DNA of 64,000 nt from a bacterium (GTDB lineage Bacteria > Patescibacteriota > Patescibacteriia > UBA10025): contig JAKAGM010000001.1 of assembly GCA_021815445.1 (NCBI GenBank), positions 659,710 through 723,709 of the forward strand, in the 5' to 3' direction. Shown here piece by piece: positions 1 to 10,600 of this stretch. Every line of letters starts with the position of its first letter. The stretch's first letter is position 1. Below the pieces are notes generated by a model. It saw nothing but the letters and a program-made list of their open reading frames with translations. It searched no databases and had not been told where the DNA came from. The position numbers and the translations under genes are program-made.

Positions 1-330
1 CTGGCGGTATTCCGCTGTCTGCATCTTGAGCAATTCGTTGGTCTGCTGTTTTTCTATTGTTTTGAGCCGCTCGATATATTCATCGATGTTGAGGCTGCGG
101 GACTGCACGACAATCTGCAGGACAAAATCGAGCGAGTTGAGAAATTGGACGTACGCCGAGATGACGGCATTTTGCTCATCCTCCGACTTGAGGGCGAAAT
201 TGATCGACGACGCGAGAAGCACGCTCCTGAGCGTTCCGTCTTTCATCACGACGATGCCGTCACGGATTTCGAGGACGTCAAGAAATAATTGCGTTGGCGG
301 GACCCTCTTTTTTATTACGCGTTCTGCCAT
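1..330 (-). CDS. VirB4/TraC-like type IV secretion ATPase, N-terminal part (gene continues past window start)
   Basis: Minus-strand ATG at 328-330, absent from ORF track because no stop lies inside the window. Translation MAERVIKKRVPPTQLFLDVLEIRDGIVVMKDGTLRSVLLASSINFALKSEDEQNAVISAYVQFLNSLDF resembles N-termini of Gram-positive/CPR VirB4-family ATPases. Lies 4 bp downstream of the PrgI-like gene in the same operon. Confidence 0.5.
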   Translation of the reverse strand, partial: MAERVIKKRVPPTQLFLDVLEIRDGIVVMKDGTLRSVLLASSINFALKSEDEQNAVISAYVQFLNSLDFVLQIVVQSRSLNIDEYIERLKTIEKQQTNELLKMQTAEYRQ

Positions 331-333
331 AAG

Positions 334-768
334 TTATTTTATTATCTCCTCTATCCCTTCCTGATATGCACCGCCGGTATCCACAAGAAGTGAAAGCTCC
401 GTCAGGCGGCTCGCATTTACCGCTCTTTTCATGGGAAGTATTTCTTTGACCGGTTCCTTTTCCTGCGGAGCTATTCTTTCTTTCATGCCGCCCTTGTTCC
501 ATATGAGGAGCCCGGGCCGCTGGAGGGTCTGGAGAAGCGAGAGAAGGAAGTAATGGAACGGCCTGCCGTTGATTTTCGCGAAGGCAAAAAGGCCCGTAAC
601 GGCAAAAGTGACGACGGCGAGGACTGCCGCTATCCAAAATTGAAAAAGCTTGAACTCGATGAACATCACCATGAACCCGAAGAGAAACACGACAAACTGG
701 CGCACTGTGATAGGCCCGATAATTTTGTTCTCGACGTCGATAAATTGGGGGACGACAAATTGTTGCAT
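334..768 (-). CDS. PrgI-family small membrane protein (conjugation/T4SS-associated)
   Basis: 144 aa. N-terminus MQQFVVPQFIDVENKIIGPITVRQFVVFLFGF is typical of the PrgI family, followed by two hydrophobic helices. Sits immediately upstream of the VirB4-like gene. Confidence 0.65.
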   Translation of the reverse strand: MQQFVVPQFIDVENKIIGPITVRQFVVFLFGFMVMFIEFKLFQFWIAAVLAVVTFAVTGLFAFAKINGRPFHYFLLSLLQTLQRPGLLIWNKGGMKERIAPQEKEPVKEILPMKRAVNASRLTELSLLVDTGGAYQEGIEEIIK

Positions 769-775
769 AGGTCGT

Positions 776-2341
776 TTAGTAGCGCAATAATCTATTTATA
801 TCGGCTATCGCATCGAATTCTTCGTTGCTGAGGACGGGCGCTTTTTTTCCGGCGCGCGCGGCAATAACCTGTTGGACAGAAACACCCGTTTCGATGCTTT
901 CGCGTCCGATATCGAGATAGAGCTGAAAAAGCGGGGAGCGCCGCCATGCCTTGATGCCCGATGAACGCATTGCATATGATTCTTCCTCCAGGAGACTTAT
1001 TTTTTCAAGAATTTTTCTTTTGGCGTCTTCCGTCGTCGTGCCGAACCTGCGGAAATCGGTCACATCCAAGTCCGCGAGCTCCTCGACGGGGCCGAGTGTC
1101 TTATGAACCGCCGGCACTTCAACGATGTCGGAGATCCGCTGGCGAATCTGGGCATCGGGACGCCGCATCTGCGGAATCTCGGCTTCTGGGCGACTCACCT
1201 GAGGCGGGCTCGGCCTGGGAGAGGGAGCTGGCGGCGGCGTTGATTGCACCTTCAGCGGAATAGATGATTCGGGAGTCGAAACAGGTTGGAGTATAGGAAT
1301 AGTCTTGCCCGGCGAGACACGCGGAGACGGTTGCGCGGGAGGCGCTTGAACGGGCCGAGGCGATGGCATAGGCGCCGGCGAAACGTGCGGTGTCGGCTGG
1401 TAAACCTCAGTAACCGGACGGGACAGCACGACGCGGGGCTCTATCACCGGCGGCGGAGAGATCACCGGCCTGCGTTCCACCTCGGGAATACTCATGGAAG
1501 GATGCGGAGGCCTCAGCGGAATTTTTGGCGCATAGGGCCTCTGCGGAAGACGGTGTAATGCTTGTTGCATCGAGCCTTGCAGCTTCTGCAGCATTCCCTG
1601 AGACGCAAGCGTCGATGCCTCTTCCTCAATATCTACTATCAACCGGCGCGCTAAGTCGCTTTCGAAACCCATCCCGCCGATTTTCTGCGACCGCTGGAGG
1701 GCTTCCTCAGTTTCCATTGAATTGCGCATCTCCGAAAGCCGCGATTTTACTATGTTAAAAAAACGTTTTTCCATCACATCATCGGGAAAATCAACCGCAT
1801 TCCTGACTATGATATTTTGGATCACCGCGTCGAGGTCCGCTTCCGGAGTTTTTACAGCGAGATTGGCGAGCTTTTGGCGATGGAGGAGGATGTCCTGTTC
1901 GTCTTCCGGTTCGACGAAGTATGCCGATTTTGTACCTGACGAGACAGGAGTATGCGGTTCGAGAACAGACCGCTCTGCCAAAGCGCTTCGCGAGGGCGAG
2001 AGTTCAGCATGGTCTGAAGGTTTTAGGGTCTTTATTTCCCCTTGGAGTGTTTGGGGAATCAGACGTACGACCGGCGCTTTCGGCAGCGGTGTTGGAATCC
2101 CCTGATCGGTAGGCTGAGGAGCGACTTGCGGCATGGCCTGCGGGGCACCGGGGATCGGAGAGGCGACTGTTTCGGGAACAAAGGGCTTCTCCCCCACATC
2201 GAGGCTCGATGACGTTTGTCGCAGAGTGCTAAAATCCACCAGCTGTCCCTGCCGGACTATCTTGAGGCGGCCTTCTTTTGTCCTGATAATAAACCCCTCG
2301 GGAAGTCGGCTCGCGTCAAATTGTAGGTTGTCATCAGCCAT
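776..2341 (-). CDS. hypothetical protein with long proline-rich linker
   Basis: 521-aa uninterrupted ORF in the same operon. N-terminal globular part, ~250-aa Pro-rich low-complexity region, C-terminal alpha-helical domain. No recognisable catalytic motif. Confidence 0.6.
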   Translation of the reverse strand: MADDNLQFDASRLPEGFIIRTKEGRLKIVRQGQLVDFSTLRQTSSSLDVGEKPFVPETVASPIPGAPQAMPQVAPQPTDQGIPTPLPKAPVVRLIPQTLQGEIKTLKPSDHAELSPSRSALAERSVLEPHTPVSSGTKSAYFVEPEDEQDILLHRQKLANLAVKTPEADLDAVIQNIIVRNAVDFPDDVMEKRFFNIVKSRLSEMRNSMETEEALQRSQKIGGMGFESDLARRLIVDIEEEASTLASQGMLQKLQGSMQQALHRLPQRPYAPKIPLRPPHPSMSIPEVERRPVISPPPVIEPRVVLSRPVTEVYQPTPHVSPAPMPSPRPVQAPPAQPSPRVSPGKTIPILQPVSTPESSIPLKVQSTPPPAPSPRPSPPQVSRPEAEIPQMRRPDAQIRQRISDIVEVPAVHKTLGPVEELADLDVTDFRRFGTTTEDAKRKILEKISLLEEESYAMRSSGIKAWRRSPLFQLYLDIGRESIETGVSVQQVIAARAGKKAPVLSNEEFDAIADINRLLRY

Positions 2342-2581
2342 TGTGACGATGGGTGCGTATTATCCAGCCGTTTTCCAAAAAATATATTCGAGAGCTTCTC
2401 CAAAAAGTGGATTTATTATAGCACATATTCATGAAAAAATCAAAGACACCGCACTTTGGTGTCTGCCCACCCTGAACTTGATTCCCCGACCTCGCTCCGC
2501 GAAGCGGGGCGGGCAGGGTCCCGTGGTAATATAAACGATATGCTGAATCAAGTTCAGCATGGTATGAAGTAACGATCTTTA

Positions 2582-3910
2582 CTACACCTTATTCACCAGC
2601 TTGCCATTCTCGACGGCATGCGGCGCCCAGAGAAATGTTCCCTCGGCCTCATCAGCGTATGCCATCAGCTTGTACTCTCCGCCCATGATGTCGCCCAGTT
2701 CCATGCCGACTATCGCCGCCTCGTCCGCTGCCATATTCAGGCGGTCCTGCAAAAGGTATTGCAAGAATTCGCTGATGATTATCGGGTCCGTCGGGCGCGC
2801 ATCGATAAACTCCCGTACGCGGGCTTCGGGGTACTTCTTTTCCGCATATCCTGCCACCGTCTGTCGCCAGCTTTCGCTCTGTTTCAGGGCGTCCTGCAGA
2901 CGACCGATCCGGGCAAGTAGCAGAATGCATGCGACGAGATGAGCGCGATCTCTTTTGCGGAGCGCCTCGACAAGTTCTTTTTTGATCTTCACGGGGTCAT
3001 CCCCGAGACTTTGTCTCAGCTTCTGTTCCTCGGCAAACGGGCTAGCCATGCGTTCTTTAGCGAAAGTGAGTAGCTCAGCGAGTGTGCGGCGCGTGCGCAC
3101 GGAGTTTTTTGGTCGTGACGGCAAGCGCGCATCCTGTTTAGAAACTGGCGGCTTCGGAAAGACCTCGGAGCGTTGGGATAATATTCCTGATGCCTGCAGT
3201 CCCGTAGTAACAGGTGACACTACCATCTCTCGGGCAAATTCTTCAACGGGCGGATAACGGACGAAGTTATATACCTGGAGAATCTTGAGGACCTTTTCCC
3301 TGTCTTCTTTTGAGAATTGCCTGATGTTGGCGCTATGGCTGAGGTAATACATTTCTTCAAGGTTGCCGCGCTGTTCATCCGGCCTCGAAAGTCTGTTGTA
3401 ATCCGCTATTACACTGCTTACCGTCGAGGATACTGATCTACCCTGCTCAACTTGCATCGTATACTTTCCAATTTTTTCCATATTTCTTCCCATGGCTCTC
3501 AGGAGAATTCCCCTTTTTTCCCCGCGTAAAAAAGGATCCCACCATCCTTTGAAAAGAATCCTAAGTTTTTCGCGAACATCAATGTCGAGATTAAAAAGCG
3601 CCAGCAAATTTGAGCTGAATATTGTTTCAAGGTCTTGATTTTCGATAAAGGGGAGGGCAATTCCTTTGAGCCAGAGGATTAGTTTGCGGTATCGGCTGAA
3701 GAGGTCAGTATATCGTTGCTCCAGGGGGAGATTTTTATCAAGAAAATTTTGCAGAAAAGCGCTAAGCTTTACCGCGTCGGAATACAGGGATGCCCGTTCA
3801 ATATCGAGAACTTTTTGCCCGATACGCCCGTAAGATTCACTATCCAAGAGGTCATGGGGCGTGAGCTTGATGACCTGGTCGATATCCATGTCGCTGATGT
3901 TTTTGCCCAT
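2582..3910 (-). CDS. hypothetical protein (T4SS-like operon member)
   Basis: 442-aa ORF tightly packed between the VirB6-like gene (4-bp gap) and the Pro-rich gene. No recognisable motif. Confidence 0.55.
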   Translation of the reverse strand: MGKNISDMDIDQVIKLTPHDLLDSESYGRIGQKVLDIERASLYSDAVKLSAFLQNFLDKNLPLEQRYTDLFSRYRKLILWLKGIALPFIENQDLETIFSSNLLALFNLDIDVREKLRILFKGWWDPFLRGEKRGILLRAMGRNMEKIGKYTMQVEQGRSVSSTVSSVIADYNRLSRPDEQRGNLEEMYYLSHSANIRQFSKEDREKVLKILQVYNFVRYPPVEEFAREMVVSPVTTGLQASGILSQRSEVFPKPPVSKQDARLPSRPKNSVRTRRTLAELLTFAKERMASPFAEEQKLRQSLGDDPVKIKKELVEALRKRDRAHLVACILLLARIGRLQDALKQSESWRQTVAGYAEKKYPEARVREFIDARPTDPIIISEFLQYLLQDRLNMAADEAAIVGMELGDIMGGEYKLMAYADEAEGTFLWAPHAVENGKLVNKV

Positions 3911-3913
3911 AGA

Positions 3914-6900
3914 TTATGTTTCTCCTTTCGTAGAGCCTCTAGTGAGCTGATCTTTCATCACCTTGTTCAGCCGGTCCAGTTGCAAGAGCAATTCACGCTG
4001 CTGGACTTGATTGCCTGAGAAACCCGTTGACGCTCCCGTCGCTGCATTTGAACGCATTTCTCCCAGAGTCTCATTGAGACCTTGTGTCCTCTTTTTATCT
4101 ATGTCGCCCATCCCTTTTGACGCTTTGTCAAGAGTGCCGATGAGCCCTCCCAAGCTCTTTTCCATTTCCCCTGCCAGCTTGGAAAAATCATCGATAGTGC
4201 CAGTGGATGTCTCGAGCGCCTCGCGCACTTTCTCTGATAAGGCATTAATATCCAGGAATGCTCCTCCCTGACTAATGCCGCTAATGGACTCCCGGCTTGG
4301 CATATTCTGTTGAAATTGGGCCGAGCTGAGCTGCGAATCGAGCCGATCAATTTCTTTCTGGATAGGCGCCCTATCTTCGTCCAACGGAGTCCTTCCGAGC
4401 TCCTCGACAAGATGCCGACGTCGCTCATTAACTGCCCTCCAGAGATCCCCTAGCGCCTCCTCGGATGCTTTTTCTGCCGTCTGACGATCCTCCGGCGCTC
4501 TCTCCGCTTCGCGGGCATCCATCTGAGCGGCATGTTCTTTTTGCAGATTACGTATCTGGCTTGTTTCAAAGGTTTTTCGCTGTCTCTCCACATCGGGCGG
4601 AACCGACGTCGGAGTCATAGAGGCTGCGGAGGGTCCCAATTGCATGAGTTTATCTGCCAGTTCTCTTTGCTGATCTTTCCCAAGCTTCTCACCCTCAGCA
4701 TTCGTAAGACTAGCGATAGTTCCGTCCAAAACCTTCCGCATATCTTCCCGAGCTTCATTGGTGAGTATGCCGGAGATTTCATTTGCCACGCCCTCAGTAT
4801 CCTCGCTCCAATACCCGCGTATCTTATCACGCTCTTCCGTAAGTTTTTTCAGCTTGCCTTCACGCTCGCTCTTTTCCTGTGGGGAAAGATCATTCCCCGA
4901 AAGCTCGTCCTTCAACTGCTCGATCTCTTGATCAACTTCTTCCCCGCGAGCCTCGGTACCCGGCTTGTATCTTTCCCCGTCCCATTTGAGCTCTTTGTCT
5001 CTTTGCATTTCTTGAGCCCGGGCAATAACCAGCTCACGGGGAATCATTTTCTGCCCGAAACGTGTGGCAAGCTCTGTGGATGCTAAATCATCCCGCAGTT
5101 TAATTGGTGCCCGGGTATCTGTAATGCCATATTGCTTGAGCGTATTATCAACGTCACTGAAATGTATCTCCTGGTCGAGTATCCTCCTGTGCTCGTCAAT
5201 CTCGCTCGGTTTGACCTTCTCCTTATATCCCTCTTCCCAGGGGTATGCATTGCCGCGATCCTTTTCGGGGCTTGCGTCTGGTTTTTTGAGAAACTTTTGA
5301 CTCCAAAATGCCTTTGTCGATGTAGGATTGCTTTCATATAATTTCATCAGATCGGCCTTCAGATCTTCCACGGCAGTTTTTCCATCCCGAGCATGAAATC
5401 CTCGCTTTTCCGCTTCTTCATCTGTGCTAACAATATTGCCATTTTCATCGAAATACTTCCCAACCATTTGATCCGAATACCTCGACTGCATCTGTCTCAT
5501 CTCGGCGACGTGCTGACCGCCGAGCAACTTCCGGTACATGGTGTTTTCAAAGGTACCTTCTTCTGGGGCATAATTATCCGCTGAGTAATCCCATTTGCCG
5601 GTCAGATTGCCATTTTCATCCCGCTGCTCCTGCCATACGCGCTGACGAGTCACATGGGGAGATAATTTGTTAAGAAACGCGCGCATAGGCTGTTTTTTCG
5701 CTTCGCCGAGGATTTCATTCACGCGTTCTTCATCATCCATAATATAGTATGCGCCCGTCTCAGCGTCTTTGGCAGTATCATACTGCTCCCAGTGACCCAC
5801 ATCTTTTGCGGCTTCTGACATGCTCGCCATAGCGCGCAGTTTATGCTGGTCCTCCGCGCTGGCTGCGATTGCATTCTCTTTTTTGAGAAACTTCTTATCG
5901 AGACCTAAAAAGGACATTTTGAAATCTCTTACATTATTTGCACTGTATTTTTCAAACATTTCTTCAGGATTAAACCCGAGCGTTTCAAACTTTTCATCCA
6001 CGTCCGTCTTGAAGTTTTTATCTTTATGGTAGAGTTCACCAAACGCGTAATAAACATCGTCAAGATTCCCCTTGCCTGTGGCGAGCTCCCCAAATGCCTG
6101 CTTGGAAATATCACCTTCATGCCCACCGGTATAGAACGCTCGCCGGGCGAGGTCCTGCATCGCCTGCCTTGATTCGCCTGCTTTACCCAAGTCTTTGTTA
6201 AATTCCGACATTTTCGTGTTGATGACCACGCGTCGTGCAGCCTCGGCACGGTCAAAAGCCGCTTTTTTCCCTTTAAAAAATTTCTCGGAAAAAAATTCGC
6301 CCTTCCCTGCGGCAAGCGTCTTTGACTCTTCAGTCAGACGTTCCCCGCGCTTGGAAAATCCTTTCCAGAAATCAGGGGTGAGGAAAGATAGGTTTTCGCT
6401 CTCGCGCAGAGTCCTGCCGATTTTTGCCGCGCCGCGTCCTAATCCGTACTTTGCGGCGGCAAATGGCGAAGCTGCAAGCTTCAGCGGCGCCGATCCTGCT
6501 TTCCTGAGCCGCGCTATGGCATTACCCGCCATACCGCCCGCGATGCCGCCGGCCTGCTGTGCCACCATCAGCGCCCCGACGAGCATCGCGATACCGATTA
6601 TGAAGCTGAGGATGTTCGGGGCTGTGGAGGCCTGTGACACGCTCGCGGCGAGTGATTTATCGCCCGCAGTGCCGCTGACTGCCTGCGTGTCGACGTCTTT
6701 GGGCAGGTTTTGGACAGTCCTGACGACCTGCGGAGTCGTGTTGACGGTGACAGTGAGCGCGAGCCAGATAAAAAACGCTATCACCGGACCTGTCACGACC
6801 TGCTTCCAAAAAGCGCTCCACCACTGGCTGGAGTATTTCTGCGCTGTGGGAAACACGGCGAGGATGTAGGCAAGCGGTGACAGCACTATCAAAATCCATA

Positions 6901-7582
6901 GCATGATAATGCGGGTCAAGAGTACGACCACGAGGATGACCATCACGACGAGCGCGACGACGACGAGCGCGAGAGCGAGCACTGCGCCGCCGAGAAACTC
7001 TCCCCCCGTCGGCGGTGTCGTGGTGTTGCGGAATTTCAGGATATTATCGAGCTGGAACATCGTGGTAAAGTTGCCCGCGGCGGCGTCTTTGAACGCATTA
7101 ACAAAGGTAAGCATCACGACCTGTCCGGCGTCGATAAAAAAGCCCGCGATGAATTTCGACAGGTTGATGAGGATTGCCATGAGGATCAGCTTGCCGAGAA
7201 GGCGCTGGTATTTGTACTGCTCGAGGCGGAGGATGGTGCCGAACGCGATAACAAGCAGGACAACGATAAAGAACATGTTCGACACGTCGCGGACGATGAC
7301 CCAGCCCGTTTGCACGGCTGGCGTATTCACAAAGTCGTTGTACTGCGCGATGTTGATGAGGAGGCCGATCACGATGAGCAGGAGCTTGCCGAGGAGTTGG
7401 ACTATCGAGAGGATAATTTCCGCGATGACGCTCAGCACGCTGTCACCGATACCCGCCGCCGATGCCGGCAGGGCAAGCGTAAGTAACGACATACCGCATA
7501 CGACAAGCAGGGCGAGTGTGAACGCCCGTATTCGGGGGTCTGATGACCGGAATAGCTTGAGTTTTGAGAAAAAGGATTTCAA
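3914..7582 (-). CDS. TrbL/VirB6-like polytopic membrane protein with ~850-aa charged coiled-coil C-terminal extension
   Basis: 1222 aa. Signal-like N-terminus followed by at least 6 strongly hydrophobic helices (LLGKLLLIVIGLLINIAQ, FFIVVLLVIAFGTIL, LALVVVALVVMVILVVVLL, IAFFIWLALTV and others). Then a long Lys/Glu/Asp-rich hydrophilic tail. Architecture and operon context match VirB6/TrbL. Confidence 0.55.
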   Translation of the reverse strand: MKSFFSKLKLFRSSDPRIRAFTLALLVVCGMSLLTLALPASAAGIGDSVLSVIAEIILSIVQLLGKLLLIVIGLLINIAQYNDFVNTPAVQTGWVIVRDVSNMFFIVVLLVIAFGTILRLEQYKYQRLLGKLILMAILINLSKFIAGFFIDAGQVVMLTFVNAFKDAAAGNFTTMFQLDNILKFRNTTTPPTGGEFLGGAVLALALVVVALVVMVILVVVLLTRIIMLWILIVLSPLAYILAVFPTAQKYSSQWWSAFWKQVVTGPVIAFFIWLALTVTVNTTPQVVRTVQNLPKDVDTQAVSGTAGDKSLAASVSQASTAPNILSFIIGIAMLVGALMVAQQAGGIAGGMAGNAIARLRKAGSAPLKLAASPFAAAKYGLGRGAAKIGRTLRESENLSFLTPDFWKGFSKRGERLTEESKTLAAGKGEFFSEKFFKGKKAAFDRAEAARRVVINTKMSEFNKDLGKAGESRQAMQDLARRAFYTGGHEGDISKQAFGELATGKGNLDDVYYAFGELYHKDKNFKTDVDEKFETLGFNPEEMFEKYSANNVRDFKMSFLGLDKKFLKKENAIAASAEDQHKLRAMASMSEAAKDVGHWEQYDTAKDAETGAYYIMDDEERVNEILGEAKKQPMRAFLNKLSPHVTRQRVWQEQRDENGNLTGKWDYSADNYAPEEGTFENTMYRKLLGGQHVAEMRQMQSRYSDQMVGKYFDENGNIVSTDEEAEKRGFHARDGKTAVEDLKADLMKLYESNPTSTKAFWSQKFLKKPDASPEKDRGNAYPWEEGYKEKVKPSEIDEHRRILDQEIHFSDVDNTLKQYGITDTRAPIKLRDDLASTELATRFGQKMIPRELVIARAQEMQRDKELKWDGERYKPGTEARGEEVDQEIEQLKDELSGNDLSPQEKSEREGKLKKLTEERDKIRGYWSEDTEGVANEISGILTNEAREDMRKVLDGTIASLTNAEGEKLGKDQQRELADKLMQLGPSAASMTPTSVPPDVERQRKTFETSQIRNLQKEHAAQMDAREAERAPEDRQTAEKASEEALGDLWRAVNERRRHLVEELGRTPLDEDRAPIQKEIDRLDSQLSSAQFQQNMPSRESISGISQGGAFLDINALSEKVREALETSTGTIDDFSKLAGEMEKSLGGLIGTLDKASKGMGDIDKKRTQGLNETLGEMRSNAATGASTGFSGNQVQQRELLLQLDRLNKVMKDQLTRGSTKGET

Positions 7583-7635
7583 AGGAAAAGGGGGATTAGG
7601 GGAATAAAGGGGTATTATGGGTTATTCTGCTACTC

Positions 7636-10600
7636 CTAGTCTGTCACCTTAATCACTCCGTTGAAGCCATACCACCCGACACTATCGTCTGGTTTTCCGC
7701 TACTGCTCGCCTGACGGGTGCCTGGCCTTTGCCCTACAAATGTGCAAGAGCCCCCGACGCTGATACAGACATTACTGCCCGCGCCCCAGTGATCAATTAT
7801 CTCCACCCGCGGGGTGTAGTCACCGGTCTTTGTCACCGTATAGAAAAACGTATTCGGATTCTTCGGGTCGCTCCGCGGAGCAAATCCCCACGCCATGCTC
7901 CCCTGATTATCCGACGGGACAGAACCGTCTTTTCCGTCCCAATCAATCAATATAGTATCAAGCGGCATCTGTTCTTTGTCCACATTTTCCGTGAAACTCA
8001 TTTTGATGGTAGAGCCGATCGTCACGCCGGGTATCGTCCAGCCGCCTGCCGGAGCGCTGGCGTTGCTGTAATCCTTGCCGTTGACAGTAAGGATAAAGTT
8101 GGTCACCGCAGGCTGGACAGCGCAGTAATCGCTGGGTGGGGCGGGCCGTTGGTTATTGGGGCAGATCGACATATTATCAAATTGCGTCTGCCAGCTCGTC
8201 ACATCTGTCGTAAAGTCATCCCTTACATACTGTCCTTTAGTGTTATCCCACACCCATCCCTCGTATGCTATCGCGAATAGCCGCCTGAGGGTATACTCCG
8301 CGTCATGTACCGGGTTAAGACTCTCAGTAACAGTAACCGGAGGCAGGATGCCGCTGCAGTAGCCCCCCTTGTTTTCACAGTTTCTTTGCGCTTCAAGTGT
8401 TTTGCAGTCACTGCCATTGAAATCTCCTCCCATGCATATTGCCTGTCCGCAGATGCTTTGCGTGAATACGGGACCGACAGGAGTTTTCCCGTCGCACGCG
8501 TACGGCAGGCCGGCGCGGGTCTGGCTGGAGCGCTTAGTCTTATCGGCATAGGGAACCTGCACGTAGAGAGGAGTGTTATGCTCTTTGCCGAACCAGTCTG
8601 CGGGCGTGCCGACGAGCGGCGGGATGGCGCCGAAAGGCGCGAGGTCGGCATTGTACCCGTAATTATTATTGAGTTGCGTCTGGTATCCGCTCCCATTTGA
8701 TACGCGATTGGCCCATGAGACGACCTCATCGCCGGCGACTTTCACAATCTGGTCGCACGGCTCGCGCAGCTGATAATTGATGACAATGGTAATTGCGGAA
8801 GGCCCTGATTTAGGCAGACCCGCGCGTACATCGTATCCTAGGACAAATCCATTGTCATCAAAACGAACCCGCATACCAAACCCCATCGGAGCGTGCTCCG
8901 CCGAGCATTGAGGCGTATAATTGAAATCAAATCCTTCCTCCGTGGTGCCTCCGTGCCAAATCTTTGGATTATTTTGGTAGAAACTATCAGGTTTGATATA
9001 GAATGACTCATTATTCCATTCACGAACTTTGGAATTTAATGTCACTTTTATAGCCTCTATATCAGTTCTATTTATCGCTTTTTCTGCCGCATTAGCGGGA
9101 ATGATTCTTGGGTCAGTTATCGCAGTTGATCCGGGAGTATCGCAGATAAACTTGCTGGCATTAGTGCTGTCGGTCATGCAGTTTGATGCATAGTCATCTC
9201 CACTCAGTATAAGATTAGCTCCTTGGAAAGGCACATCGGTAGGTGCAACGTTCATTATCGTATAGGAGGTTCCAGAACAGTCATTTGTCAATTTGGCATA
9301 AACGCAAGGATCACCATCATAGCAAGGAGCGACGGCGTTAATTCTCGTATTAAGTACGTACCCCGGCGTCGCCGGGAGAGTAGAAGATGGCAAAGGAATT
9401 TGTGAATTGCCCCGGGCCAACTCACAGAAGTAGAGCGGGGTGCGCTCCTGGTATCCGGCCTGCTGTTCCTGGCCGAAGATCGACGACTCGCCGCTGATGA
9501 TATCGATAGGCCACCAGTTGATGCAGATATCCGGATTTTTTGGATCTTTTTCTATGCAGTACCCTTTCCACCCGCGGTACTGTACGCCGTCAAAGTCTGT
9601 ATATTCGCAAAGCTTCGAATCGTCGCGCGGATACATGCGGCAGGTTCGCGTTAATTTATCAGGCGTTGAGAACGGGCCGGTATTTGACCCCGATTGGACC
9701 CCCAGCACGGGCTTTAGGGAGACGTCATCAAGGTAAAATGTCCGTTCTGATCCGGCACACGTACTACCGACTGGCGGTCTGGCAAGACAGAGAATGACTG
9801 AGGGGCCGTTGTTCACGGGGCTGCTATCCGTGGAACACAAGTTAATATTCGTCGGATCTGCGGTGCAGTGGCTCGGCCCTTGGATAATCTTCAAGAGCGT
9901 TTTGACTGTGCCTACGGGAATATTGGTTGTCACATTGCCTACGACGTATTCTTGCCAGGAGGTGCTCCCGGTCAACCAGCCGAAGGAGTCAATGCCGATT
10001 CGATTGCCGGTGACATCCAAATACTCAAATTCTACCTGGATCACGTCCCTCTGCGTGGCATTGCCTTGTTCATACTCCTGCTTCATTGAGATGCTGTATT
10101 CCGCCTTGTTCTGAATTTTATTCCCGAGATTATAGCTGACGCCATCCCACATCCCACTGCCCGGGTGGACGGCGAGGACATTATTTTCATTCAGCAGGGG
10201 GTTGCCGGGGATTGAACCGTCGTCAGAGCGTTCAGTGAGGGCTACTTTGGTATCGGCGCCGATTGCAGTCCATCCGCGGTACGTTTCTCCGCCTTTCCAC
10301 TGCGTCGTGGAATCATTGGGCTTAATCTCCTGGGACATCATATAATTGCTGTCCCAAAAGTCGCCGTCTTTGATAAGATCTTTTGTTGTCGAGCCGAATG
10401 TGCCAAGCTCGTGCATGACAGCGTACGGATAATCGCCCCCGATAAGACGGTCTATGCCGCACTTCCCGCCGCCGCACTCGCCATCGTTCGAGCACTGCTT
10501 GCTCAGATCATTCGTGCAAACGTTCAGGAATCCCCAATTAACGCCCGCCTTTGCCAGGCCGGAGATATTTTGCATCTTGCTGATATTATTTGTCTGGTCG

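Noticed and set aside
26-364. 112-aa plus-strand ORF at the window start
   Set aside because: Low-complexity translation. The opposite strand encodes a convincing VirB4-like N-terminus (1-330) plus the end of the PrgI-like gene, so this ORF is antisense noise.
278-637. 119-aa minus-strand ORF overlapping the PrgI-like gene in another frame
   Set aside because: Arg/Gly-rich junk translation fully overlapped by the PrgI-like frame.
6903-7607. 234-aa plus-strand ORF (Thr/Ser-rich) inside the VirB6-like gene
   Set aside because: Antisense to a strongly supported membrane-protein gene. Low-complexity composition.
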